From NCBI GenBank assembly GCA_963851265.1, contig CAWKNZ010000007.1, positions 160,001-224,000 of the forward strand: a stretch of 64,000 nucleotides of DNA, written 5' to 3'. The notes beneath the pieces are model-generated. The model had not been told where the DNA came from, searched no databases, and saw only the letters and a program-made list of their open reading frames with translations. The DNA comes from an uncultured Gemmatimonadales bacterium. GTDB taxonomy: Bacteria > Gemmatimonadota > Gemmatimonadetes > Gemmatimonadales > Gemmatimonadaceae. Shown piece by piece: positions 1 through 8,826 of the stretch; within the stretch, counting starts at the first letter, position 1; the number at the start of each line of letters is the position of its first letter. The position numbers were made by a program, and so were the translations under genes.

Positions 1-2
1 CC

Positions 3-311
3 GACGTCGCGAGTCAGATCGCGACGGCGTCGGAGGTGCGCGTGAGCATCGCGTCGGCGTGGGAAATCGCCGTCAAGACCGCGTCCGGGAAGTTGCGCTT
101 GAGCGAGTCGTTCGCCGACGCGTTGGAGGAGAACCGCTTCGGGCTGCTCCCGATCACCCTTGACCACATCGGGGCCATTGCCTCGTTGCCCGTCCACCAC
201 CGGGACCCGTTCGACCGCATGCTGATCGCGCAGGCGGCGCACGAACGTCTGACGCTGGTTACGCACGACCGCCGGATGCGCGCGTACCCGATCGCCGTCG
301 TGTTCACGTGA
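3..311 (+). CDS. PIN-domain (VapC-like) type II toxin, 5' end outside the window
   Basis: Motifs SIASAWEIAVK and LPVHHRDPFDRMLIAQA..E.LTLVTHD are typical of PIN/VapC; the frame is open to the window edge. Confidence 0.9.
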   Translation, partial: DVASQIATASEVRVSIASAWEIAVKTASGKLRLSESFADALEENRFGLLPITLDHIGAIASLPVHHRDPFDRMLIAQAAHERLTLVTHDRRMRAYPIAVVFT

Positions 312-2482
312 CGCCCAACGTCGGGCGCATCGCGTGCGCGGCCCTCGCCGTCGTCGCCCCGTCGGCGGCGCGCGCGCAGGCGGCGCGCCCGGACACCGTC
401 CGCGCCGACACCGCGCGCCTCGCCCCCGTCACGGTCACCGTCACGCGCACGCCCACCGCGCGCGACCGGGCGCCGTGGGCCGTCGATGTGTTAGGCGCAG
501 GGGCCGTGCGCGGCGCGCGGCTCACCAACGGCGTGGCCGACGCGCTGGCGGAAGTGCCGGGCGTCTACGCCGCCGACCGCGGCAACTACTCGGTCGACCA
601 GCGCATCTCGATCCGCGGCTTCGGCGCGCGCGCCAACTTCGGCCTGCGCGGCGTGCGCGTGACGCTCGACGGCGTGCCGCAGACGCTCCCCGACGGCCAG
701 TCGCAGCTCACCAACCTGGACCTCGCCAGCATCGGCCGGGTCGAGGTGCTGCGCGGGGCGGCGGCCTCGCTCTACGGCAACGCCTCGGGCGGGGTGCTCG
801 CCTTCACCACCGACCTCAGCGCGCCGCCGCGCGGCCTCGCGTTCGGGGGCCGCGTCGAGGAGAGCGCGTACGACACGCAGAAGTACCAGCTGCGCGGCGC
901 CACGCAGTTCGGCAGCACGATCGCCGCGCTCTCCGCCTCTCGGCTCACGACGAACGAGTACCGCCAGCACGCCGACGCCGAGCAGCGGCGGCTGTCGCTC
1001 GTCGCGGACCACGCGTTCACGCCCGCGACCACGGGCACCGTGCGCCTGTACCTCGCCGACGACCCGCAGGCGCAGAACCCGGGCGCGCTCACCCCCGCCG
1101 AGTACGCGCTGCGCCCCGATTCCGCCGCGGGCGTCAACATCCTGCGCGGGGCCGACAAGCACGTGAACCAGCAGCAGCTCGCGCTCGGACTCCGCCACGT
1201 CGGCGACGACGGCGCGCGCGCCGACGTGACCGTGTACGGCGTCGTGCGCGACCTCTGGAACCCGCTCGCCACGCCGCCCCCGGGGGCACCGACCGGCGCG
1301 GCCGGGCTCCGCATCGGCACGCTGACGACCATCTCGCGCCACGCGGGCGGCGCGCGCGCATCCATCGCCCGCCGCCTGCCGTTCGGCGCGGACCCGAGTC
1401 GCGCCCCACTCCTCGCGGTCGGCGCCGAGTACCAGGAGATGCGCGACCTGCGGCAGAACGCGCGAGACACGGGTGGGGAGCGGGTCGGCCGCGCCGACAC
1501 CCTGCTGCTCAACCAGCTCGAGCTGGTGAACAATCTCGCGCCCTTCGCGCAGCTGACGTGGAGCCCGGCGTCGCGCCTGCTCGTCGACGCGGGCGCGCGC
1601 TACGACCGCGTGCGCTTCGCCGTGCGCGACCGCTTTCTCGCCGACGGCGTCAACAACAGCGGCGCGCGCACGATGGCCGCCGCGAGCGGACACGCCGGCC
1701 TGAGCGTCGCGGTCGCCGACGCGTTCACGCCGTACGGCAACGTGTCGACCGACTTCGAGACGCCGACGACCACGGAGCTGCAGGCCCAGCCGGGGAACGT
1801 CGGCGGCTTCTCGCCGACGTTAGGCCCGCAGCGCTCCGCCGGCGCCGAGTTCGGCGCGCGCGGCGAAGGGTTCGGCGCCCGCCTCCGCTACTCCGCCGCG
1901 CTGTTCGCGCTGCGGACGCGCGACGCGATCGTGCAGTGGCAGGAGGTGAACGGGCGCGCGTACTACCGCAACGCCGGCCGCACGCGCACGAGCGGCGGCG
2001 AGTTCGGGCTCGGCGCGCGCGCGCCGCTGCACGGCGTCGCCGACGCGCTCGGGTTGGACGTCGCGTACACGCTGACGCGCGTGCGCTTCGCCGACTACGT
2101 CGTGCAGAACGGTACCTCCGTCACGTCGTTGGGCGGCCGCACGCTGCCGGGCGTTCCCGAGCGCTTCGTGCGCGTCACGGCCCGGGCCCGGCCGCTCACG
2201 GGCGTGCTGGCCCCCCTGGCGCTCGAGGCCGACCACACGTGGGCGTCCGCGCTCTACGGCGACGACGCGAACACCATCCGCGTCGCCGGCTACGGCCGCG
2301 GCGTGCTCAACCTGCGCACGCGCTGGAGTGCCGGACGCGTGCGCCCGTTCATCGCCGTGCAGAACGCGTTCGACCAGCGCTACGTGGGGTCGCTCACGGT
2401 CAACGGGCTCGGCGGACGCGTGCTCGAGCCCGCGCCGGGGCGCACGGCCTACGCGGGGCTGTCGGTCGAGCCCGCGCACTAA
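308..2482 (+). CDS. TonB-dependent receptor (YncD/PqqU-like)
   Basis: Signal peptide, TonB-box-like VTVTVTR, plug motifs ISIRGFGAR and IGRVEVLRGAAASLYGNASGGV, C-terminal NAFDQRY..PAPGRTAYAGLS. Confidence 0.9.
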   Translation: MTPNVGRIACAALAVVAPSAARAQAARPDTVRADTARLAPVTVTVTRTPTARDRAPWAVDVLGAGAVRGARLTNGVADALAEVPGVYAADRGNYSVDQRISIRGFGARANFGLRGVRVTLDGVPQTLPDGQSQLTNLDLASIGRVEVLRGAAASLYGNASGGVLAFTTDLSAPPRGLAFGGRVEESAYDTQKYQLRGATQFGSTIAALSASRLTTNEYRQHADAEQRRLSLVADHAFTPATTGTVRLYLADDPQAQNPGALTPAEYALRPDSAAGVNILRGADKHVNQQQLALGLRHVGDDGARADVTVYGVVRDLWNPLATPPPGAPTGAAGLRIGTLTTISRHAGGARASIARRLPFGADPSRAPLLAVGAEYQEMRDLRQNARDTGGERVGRADTLLLNQLELVNNLAPFAQLTWSPASRLLVDAGARYDRVRFAVRDRFLADGVNNSGARTMAAASGHAGLSVAVADAFTPYGNVSTDFETPTTTELQAQPGNVGGFSPTLGPQRSAGAEFGARGEGFGARLRYSAALFALRTRDAIVQWQEVNGRAYYRNAGRTRTSGGEFGLGARAPLHGVADALGLDVAYTLTRVRFADYVVQNGTSVTSLGGRTLPGVPERFVRVTARARPLTGVLAPLALEADHTWASALYGDDANTIRVAGYGRGVLNLRTRWSAGRVRPFIAVQNAFDQRYVGSLTVNGLGGRVLEPAPGRTAYAGLSVEPAH

Positions 2483-2495
2483 CCAATAGGGCCTC

Positions 2496-3257
2496 ATGCC
2501 GCACGACCTGCTCCTGCTCCTCGCGCACCCGGACGACGAGAGCTTCTTCATCGCCGGCACGGTCGCCAAGCTCGCCGCGGCCGGGCAGCGTGCGGGGCTC
2601 GTGTGTGCGACGCGCGGGCAGGCCGGCGCGCTCGGGGCGCCCGACGCGCCCCCGCTGGCGACGCGCGAGACGATCGGTGCCGTGCGCGAGCAGGAGCTGC
2701 GCGACGCGTGCACCGCGATCGACCTCGACCTCGTCGCGCTCCTCGACTACCACGACCGGCAGCTATCCGACGCCGACCCCGACGAGATCCGCGCGACGCT
2801 GGTACGCGTGATCCGCGCGGAGCGGCCGCGCGTGGTCGCGACGTTCGATCCCAACGGCATCACGCGACACCCGGACCACATCGCGATCAGCCGCTTCGCC
2901 GCCGACGCCGTCCCCGCGGCGGCCGACCCGCGCTGGGCGCCGGCACTCGGCCCCGCGCACCGCGTCCGCCGCGTCGTCTGGCCGTCGCCCGCGGAGCCGT
3001 GGACCGAGTGGCGCCCGGATCGGCTCCGGGCGATCGGCGGCGTGGACTACGTGGTCGACGTCTCGGCGCACGCCGCGCAGAAGGAGGCTGCGCTCGCGGC
3101 GCACCGCACGCAGCAGGGCTCCGTGCGCCCGCTCTGGTACGACCGGGCCGCTGCCTCGGGCGCGGGGCGGAAGGTGTTCGACACCGAAGCGTTCCGCCAC
3201 GCGTGGGGCGACGGCGTTCCAGGGGTCGCGCCGGACCTCTTCGCAGGGCTCGAGTAG
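2496..3257 (+). CDS. PIG-L family deacetylase (MshB/BshB/Mca-like)
   Basis: AHPDDES, ATRGQAG, REQEL, HPDH and AHRTQ motifs. Confidence 0.9.
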   Translation: MPHDLLLLLAHPDDESFFIAGTVAKLAAAGQRAGLVCATRGQAGALGAPDAPPLATRETIGAVREQELRDACTAIDLDLVALLDYHDRQLSDADPDEIRATLVRVIRAERPRVVATFDPNGITRHPDHIAISRFAADAVPAAADPRWAPALGPAHRVRRVVWPSPAEPWTEWRPDRLRAIGGVDYVVDVSAHAAQKEAALAAHRTQQGSVRPLWYDRAAASGAGRKVFDTEAFRHAWGDGVPGVAPDLFAGLE

Positions 3258-3289
3258 CCGTCCCGCCACCCGCGCGGGCGCGCCGCAGC

Positions 3290-3610
3290 TTACGCCACGA
3301 GTAGCTCGCCGGCGACCATCGGCAGCGGCGGCGCGTGCAGCGTGCGCTGCAGGATCGCGCGAGCCGCGTCGTCGCACCGCGCGCGCATCGCGCCGACGAT
3401 CTGCAGCGTCCCGCTACGGCGCGCGCTCAGGTAGTCCTGCGCCTCGCGACGGACCGTCGCCGCACGCGCGGCCGGCGTCTCCTGGGTGAGCCCGTTCGCG
3501 GCGGCGGTGAGCCGGCCCGCGAGCGTACGCGCGACCGCATCGGGGAGGGGGTGACTCGCCGCAGGGAGCGGCAGGCCGAACAGAGTCTGGACGGGCAGTG
3601 TGGCAGGCAT
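3290..3610 (-). CDS. hypothetical protein
   Basis: 106-aa ATG ORF filling a gap, plausible composition, no recognised motif. Confidence 0.5.
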   Translation of the reverse strand: MPATLPVQTLFGLPLPAASHPLPDAVARTLAGRLTAAANGLTQETPAARAATVRREAQDYLSARRSGTLQIVGAMRARCDDAARAILQRTLHAPPLPMVAGELLVA

Positions 3611-3964
3611 CGTCTGTGAGGCAGAGAGTTGGGACGGGCACTACGACGTGGGCCCGTCCGGGCTGCCCACCTGTAATGCGAGCGCGGTGCCCCACATCTC
3701 TGCCGTGTCCGCAGCTTGCAGGCGACGTTCTGTTGGTCGCGCCTGCCGCGGCGGCGCGCGACGCGCCGGAACGGCGGGTCGACTCGCAGCGCTGCCGGTC
3801 GGCCCGCCGAACCCGAGGTCCACCAGCGGCCCGCCGGGGTGACGACCATACCGCCGCCGCGGTATGCTGTTGCAGCCGGCCGAGCACCCGTCCGGGCGCC
3901 CGCGTCTTCGCTTCCACCATTCGTCTCCGACGTGCGTCATCGCTCCCTGCACCGCCCGCACGGT

Positions 3965-4465
3965 GTGACCATCGCCCTCGCGGCGTGCACGTTGGCGAGC
4001 GTCGCGCCGCGGCACATGCCGGCGCAGGCTGCGGCAACCGGTGACCTCCCGGGGCTCAGCGCCGTGCGCGTGGCCGGACAACTTGGCACCGGGGTGCTGC
4101 TCGGCCCGATCGGCTACGTCGGCGGCGGTCTCGCGACTCGCTTCGTCGTGCGCCGGCTTGGCGGGTCGCAGGGCACCGCGTCGACCGCCGCGGAGCGCGC
4201 CGCCTACGTCGGGGTAGCGGCGGCCACTGCGGTCGGCCCCACGCTCATCGGCGCGCGCGGTCCGGGGCACGGGCTGTACGTCGCGTCCCTCGGAGGCGCT
4301 GCGGTGGGGATGCTCGGGACGGCGCTCGTCGCGCGTCTCAACCGGACGTCCGACGATCGCCCCGACCCGCCGTGTCGACTGACCTGTCGTTTGTCCGCCG
4401 TCGCTGCCTTCACATTGCCGAGCATCGGGGCCACGCTCGGTTACAACCTGTCGCGGCGCCGGTAG
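3965..4465 (+). CDS. hypothetical membrane/secreted protein (Gly-rich hydrophobic segments)
   Basis: In-frame GTG at 3965 gives a signal-like N-terminus (..PAQA) and glycine-zipper-like helices, ending GATLGYNLSRRR. Confidence 0.6.
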   Translation: MTIALAACTLASVAPRHMPAQAAATGDLPGLSAVRVAGQLGTGVLLGPIGYVGGGLATRFVVRRLGGSQGTASTAAERAAYVGVAAATAVGPTLIGARGPGHGLYVASLGGAAVGMLGTALVARLNRTSDDRPDPPCRLTCRLSAVAAFTLPSIGATLGYNLSRRR

Positions 4466-4533
4466 GACTGCCCCGCGAGATCGCGATCACTCTCGATGCG
4501 TCGATACCCTTGCGCGCGCGCGTCCAAGCCCGC

Positions 4534-4926
4534 GTGTCGACACCGTCAGACCCGCTGACCCGACTCCGCGCGCTGTGCCTCGCGCTCCCCGAGGCGCACG
4601 AGGCGCTCGCGTGGGGTGAGCCGACGTTTCGCGTTCGAAACAAGCTGTTCGCCATGTACGCGGGCGCGGCCCGTCACGGGCGGGGGCGCGACGCAGTGTG
4701 GGTCAAGGCGACGCCCGAGAACCAGGCGTTCCTTGTAGCGGCGTCTCCCGCGCGCTACTTCGTGCCGCCCTACGTGGGGGTGAGCGGTTGGGTGGGCATC
4801 CGGCTCGACCGTCGGCCGCCGTGGCGCGAGGTGGCGGCCATGCTGCGCGACGCGTATCAGCGGACCGCGCCGAAGCGGCTCGCGGCGCAGCTCGAGGACA
4901 GCACACCGCACCACGAGACGGAGTGA
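4534..4926 (+). CDS. MmcQ/YjbR family protein
   Basis: LRALCLALPEA..WGEPTFRVRNKLFA..YFVPPYVGVSGWVGIRL..AYQRTAPKRL. Confidence 0.88.
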   Translation: MSTPSDPLTRLRALCLALPEAHEALAWGEPTFRVRNKLFAMYAGAARHGRGRDAVWVKATPENQAFLVAASPARYFVPPYVGVSGWVGIRLDRRPPWREVAAMLRDAYQRTAPKRLAAQLEDSTPHHETE

Positions 4927-5029
4927 TCTTTGCCGCTGAACGGATTCTACACGCGACGCGCATAGCTCCCGTCGCGACGTCGTCCACCTCCGTCCTCGTC
5001 ACGTGCGGCAACGCACCCAGCTCGGTTCG

Positions 5030-5551
5030 ATGCTTCCGGTCGCCTGCGTACTTGCCGTCGGCGCGTGTGGCACGATCGTCTCGTCGGTCCAGCCACGCGT
5101 TGGCGCGCCGGGCACGGCGGTCGCGGGCAGCACGGGCCTGACGACAGGCTCCAGCACTGGCCCCGGGCGCATCGGCGCCGGCGCCGACTCCGGGCTGCTC
5201 GGACGACCGCGCGACCGCGCCGACCGCGGCGCGATCGCCGGCGCCACGCTCGAGCAACGCCGGCAGTGTCGCACGGCGGGCGTGCCGCGCGGCTACATCG
5301 CGATCGCGTACGAGCGCTCGACGAGCGAATGTCCGAGCGTGGCCGCACGCGGCGACAGCACCGCGTCGGTGGCCGTGATCGTCCACTACGCGACGGCCGC
5401 CGTCGGGACGCGCCTGGACATCTGCGCCGACCAGCCCATTCCGTCGGGCTGGAACCAGGTGGGTGACGAAGGTCCTGGTGATCCCGGCGCGTGCCCTGGA
5501 GCCGCGGCGAACGGGAACGACACCGCGCTCCGAATCCGCCGCGACAACTGA
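5030..5551 (+). CDS. hypothetical Cys-containing lipoprotein
   Basis: Lipobox-like VLAVGAC plus four further Cys (possible disulfides). Confidence 0.55.
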   Translation: MLPVACVLAVGACGTIVSSVQPRVGAPGTAVAGSTGLTTGSSTGPGRIGAGADSGLLGRPRDRADRGAIAGATLEQRRQCRTAGVPRGYIAIAYERSTSECPSVAARGDSTASVAVIVHYATAAVGTRLDICADQPIPSGWNQVGDEGPGDPGACPGAAANGNDTALRIRRDN

Positions 5552-5590
5552 ATCCAGGGCGCACGGCGGCGGTGCCGCCGTGCGCGCGCG

Positions 5591-7123
5591 TCAGGCGCGA
5601 AGGAGCGCCGACGCGTAATCGAAGTAGTCGAGGCTGGCGTCGGCGCGCGCCATCAACCCCTCCGCGATACCGATGCGCGCGTGAGGCAGTTCGGTGACCT
5701 GCGGGCGCACGACGTGGTCCAGCCATCCTTCCGCGTGCCCCACGTCGATGATCGCGTGCGCGGCGTAGTAGGCCATCGCCTTCCGCGGAATGCCCACGCG
5801 CTGCGCGCCGGTCACGAGCCGCGTGCACCGCTGCGGCGCGAGCAGCTCGACGGCGCCGAGGGTTCCCTGGGCGCGGAACGCGTTGCGGCGCGGGATGCAG
5901 CTCCAGAGCATCACGTTCACCCCCCCGAGCACCTGCCAGGGCAGTTCGTGCGCTTCGGGCGCGGTGATCGCGAGGGTTTCGGTCAGCTTGTGGAAGAGGT
6001 GGGTGTGTACGGCGTGGCTCTTCCCGTTGCCCAGCTCGTCCCAGTAGTTGCGCCCCATCTCGATCTTCACCTCGCCGCGCGTGCCCACCTGGCCGAGCGC
6101 GACGAGATCGTCGAACGCCGCCTCGCCCGCCGCCTCGAGGCGCAGGAAGCGCTCGAGCTGCTCGCGGGTGGCCTCGCCGGCGAGGAAGCCGTAGAGCGGG
6201 TGTTCGTAGAGTGGGTGCGTGAACGCGGCGCGCTTGAACCACTCGCAGAACGCGTCGGGGTCGGCGGGCAGGGCGTCGGCCGTGAGCGAGTCGCCCACGG
6301 CGCGCTGCGCCGAACGGCGCGCGCGCGCCAGCAGGTCGCGCTCCCACGCACCTTCGAGCACGCGCAGCAGCTGCATCGTGAACGGGTGGAACTGGTTCTC
6401 GCTCATCCCGTGCTGCGGCAGGCGCACGTGCGGCTGATAGCACGCGAGCAGCGCGCGGTGCATCTCGTCGCGCGCGGCGTGGTCGACCCAGCGGTCGGTC
6501 GAGCGGTCGCTCACGCGGTCCGCCGGGTAGGCGCGTGCCGCGAGACGCCGCGCCTGATCGAGCACCTCGCGTTCGAGCGCGGGCCGGTCGGCCAGCACCT
6601 CGTCGAGCGGTCCGCCGAACAACAGCCCCGCGACCACGTTCGCGAACGAGGGCGACGCGTCCGCGAGGGGCGCGGCGACTGCGCCCGTTGCGACCGCGTC
6701 GGCGGCACGGGGCGTGCCCGCGGTGAGCGCGCGACCGGGCGCGGGCCGGTCGATGTACGTGGTGATCTGCCGTTCGGCGTCCAGCCGCGATGCGGAGAGC
6801 AGGGCGCGATTCGCCGGGCGCACGAGTGGCAGCTCGACATGTGCGGCGGAGCTCGGCGAACTCGACTCCGCCGTGAGGGCGCGGCGGCGCTCGATGCCGG
6901 ACTGAACCGCGCGCCGCACCGGTACGTCATCCGGACTGGCGGGCGTGGCGTCGGTGTGCGACGCGTCCGCCGGGCCGTCGACTCGGGCGAGCGGAACCTC
7001 GGCGTCCGGACCGCGTCGCGACGGCAAGGAAGGGGAAGAGAGAGTCGGTGCGCGGGGCGCGTCCATGTCGGGCGCGAGCGACGGATCAGACGAATCGAAC
7101 GACGAGAATGCAGCAGACGACAT
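5591..7123 (-). CDS. heme-oxygenase-like diiron oxidase (iron-containing redox enzyme family)
   Basis: FDDLVALGQ..NYWDELGNG..HTHLF..E..YYAAHAIIDVGHAEGWL diiron ligand pattern; start uncertain, ATG 7123 chosen. Confidence 0.85.
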   Translation of the reverse strand: MSSAAFSSFDSSDPSLAPDMDAPRAPTLSSPSLPSRRGPDAEVPLARVDGPADASHTDATPASPDDVPVRRAVQSGIERRRALTAESSSPSSAAHVELPLVRPANRALLSASRLDAERQITTYIDRPAPGRALTAGTPRAADAVATGAVAAPLADASPSFANVVAGLLFGGPLDEVLADRPALEREVLDQARRLAARAYPADRVSDRSTDRWVDHAARDEMHRALLACYQPHVRLPQHGMSENQFHPFTMQLLRVLEGAWERDLLARARRSAQRAVGDSLTADALPADPDAFCEWFKRAAFTHPLYEHPLYGFLAGEATREQLERFLRLEAAGEAAFDDLVALGQVGTRGEVKIEMGRNYWDELGNGKSHAVHTHLFHKLTETLAITAPEAHELPWQVLGGVNVMLWSCIPRRNAFRAQGTLGAVELLAPQRCTRLVTGAQRVGIPRKAMAYYAAHAIIDVGHAEGWLDHVVRPQVTELPHARIGIAEGLMARADASLDYFDYASALLRA

Positions 7124-7352
7124 CACAGCACCACGGATGGTGGCCCACGGCGCGACCGACCGGGATCCGGGGTGGATCGAGCCGCTCCAGCCAGGCCGTC
7201 GCCACCACATCCTTCCCCCACCCCACACGCCGGCCGGCCGCTCTCCGCGTGCAGTGGCGCACGCCGGGAGCTCCGGCGCGGCCCGCAAGTGCAAGACGTA
7301 CACCCAACTTGTGTTGGCCCGCGCGGCGGTTTTGGCACGCGGGGGCACGCTC

Positions 7353-8408
7353 GTGACGGTCGCGCCCGCTGTGCCCAACGCGGCGACGGACGCGCCCGCG
7401 CCCGCCGTCGACCTGACGCGCCCAACGCCGACCGCGGTCGCGCTGCCGTCGCTCGCCGACGAGGCGCTGTGGCTCGCGCGCCTCACGCCGCCGTTCGCGT
7501 TCGGCGACTTCTTCGCACCGGAGGACACGGTGCTCTGCGCGCTCGCGACGCGCGCCGCGCTCGCGCGCGCGCGGCCGCGGGGAGGCGGGCGCGTCGCCGA
7601 GCTCACCGCGGGGAGCGCGGTCGTGCTCGCCGACGCGTTGCTCATCGATCGACGCGTGCGCGGCGGCGCGACCGAGCTCGATCCGGCGGCGATCCGGCGC
7701 GCGCGCGCGAATCTGGCCGACCTCGCGCTCGGGCGGCGTGCATCGGTGGTACGGTCGGGGCTGTTCAGCCGCAGTCTGCCGCGCTGGCTGCGCGCGTTCG
7801 ACGCGGACGTGGTCGCCTGCAACCCGCCCTACATCCCGGAGCCGCCCGGGAACGCGCTCGCGCTCGTGGCCGGCGCGGGCGCGGACGGGGCGCGTCACCC
7901 GCGGCGCGCGCTGCACGTGGCCGCGCGCGCCGGCGTGCCGCGCCTCGTGCTGTCGTGGTGCAGCCTCGGCGACCCCACGGGCGTGGTGCGCACCGCGGCG
8001 CGTGCCGGCTACCGGCTCGGCGCGCTCTGGACCACGCTCATCGCCGACGGCGAGTACTCGGGAGGGGTGCATGCGTATCTCCGCACCCTCCCGACCGCGT
8101 TCCTGCACGAAGGTGCCGACACGCTCCACGCGCTCGGGCCCGACGGTTCCGCGCGGTTCGCCTACCTCCTGCTCGCCGGCGAGTTCGTGCGCCTCCCGGG
8201 TCGTCGCGCCGACGCGCGCCGGGCAGCCAGGGCCGGCGTCGCGGCCGTGCACGCCCTCTGCCGGGATTTCGCGCGCGAGGGCGCGGCGGCGCTCGAACGG
8301 CGTGCGGTCGCGGCGTCGGCGTCGGGCGCGGTCGAGTCGCACTGGTACGTGGCCGACCGGTGGGACGAACTCCGCATGCGTGCGCTCGCGCACGGCGCGG
8401 CGGTCTAA
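7353..8408 (+). CDS. class I SAM-dependent methyltransferase, HemK/PrmC-like (NPPY)
   Basis: Degenerate motif I VAELTAGS, ELDPAAIRRARAN, DVVACNPPYIP, GAGADG; start uncertain (GTG 7311 or 7353). Confidence 0.75.
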   Translation: MTVAPAVPNAATDAPAPAVDLTRPTPTAVALPSLADEALWLARLTPPFAFGDFFAPEDTVLCALATRAALARARPRGGGRVAELTAGSAVVLADALLIDRRVRGGATELDPAAIRRARANLADLALGRRASVVRSGLFSRSLPRWLRAFDADVVACNPPYIPEPPGNALALVAGAGADGARHPRRALHVAARAGVPRLVLSWCSLGDPTGVVRTAARAGYRLGALWTTLIADGEYSGGVHAYLRTLPTAFLHEGADTLHALGPDGSARFAYLLLAGEFVRLPGRRADARRAARAGVAAVHALCRDFAREGAAALERRAVAASASGAVESHWYVADRWDELRMRALAHGAAV

Positions 8409-8826
8409 CGCGACCGGGGGCCCGAGGGCGGGTCCGCGTCGGGCGCGCCCTGGCCCGGTTGTGCGTCGCCGTGGAGGTCGCCGGGCCGGCGTCCGCGCTG
8501 CGGATCGGTGACCGTCGCCGAGGCCGTCGCGCGTCGATTCGGACTTCGTGGCCGCCGGTGGCCCGGGCGGGACGCAGCGGCCGAGGTGGCAATCCTACCT
8601 TGGGCTGCCCATATTGTGACGACGGCGCTCCGTCAACCCGCACACCTGCGGTTCCGCGAGCGCGCTACGCCCGTGTGTCAGACGGCCCCGGCGACGACAG
8701 AAGTCGGGGCCCTTATGCGTCTGCCGTCCGCTCCGCCTCGTTCGCCCGCCGTGTATCAGCGCGGGCCTGGGCCGTCGGACATCGCCGGATGAGCACACCG
8801 TCCCGGCGCCGCATCCTCGACGTCTC

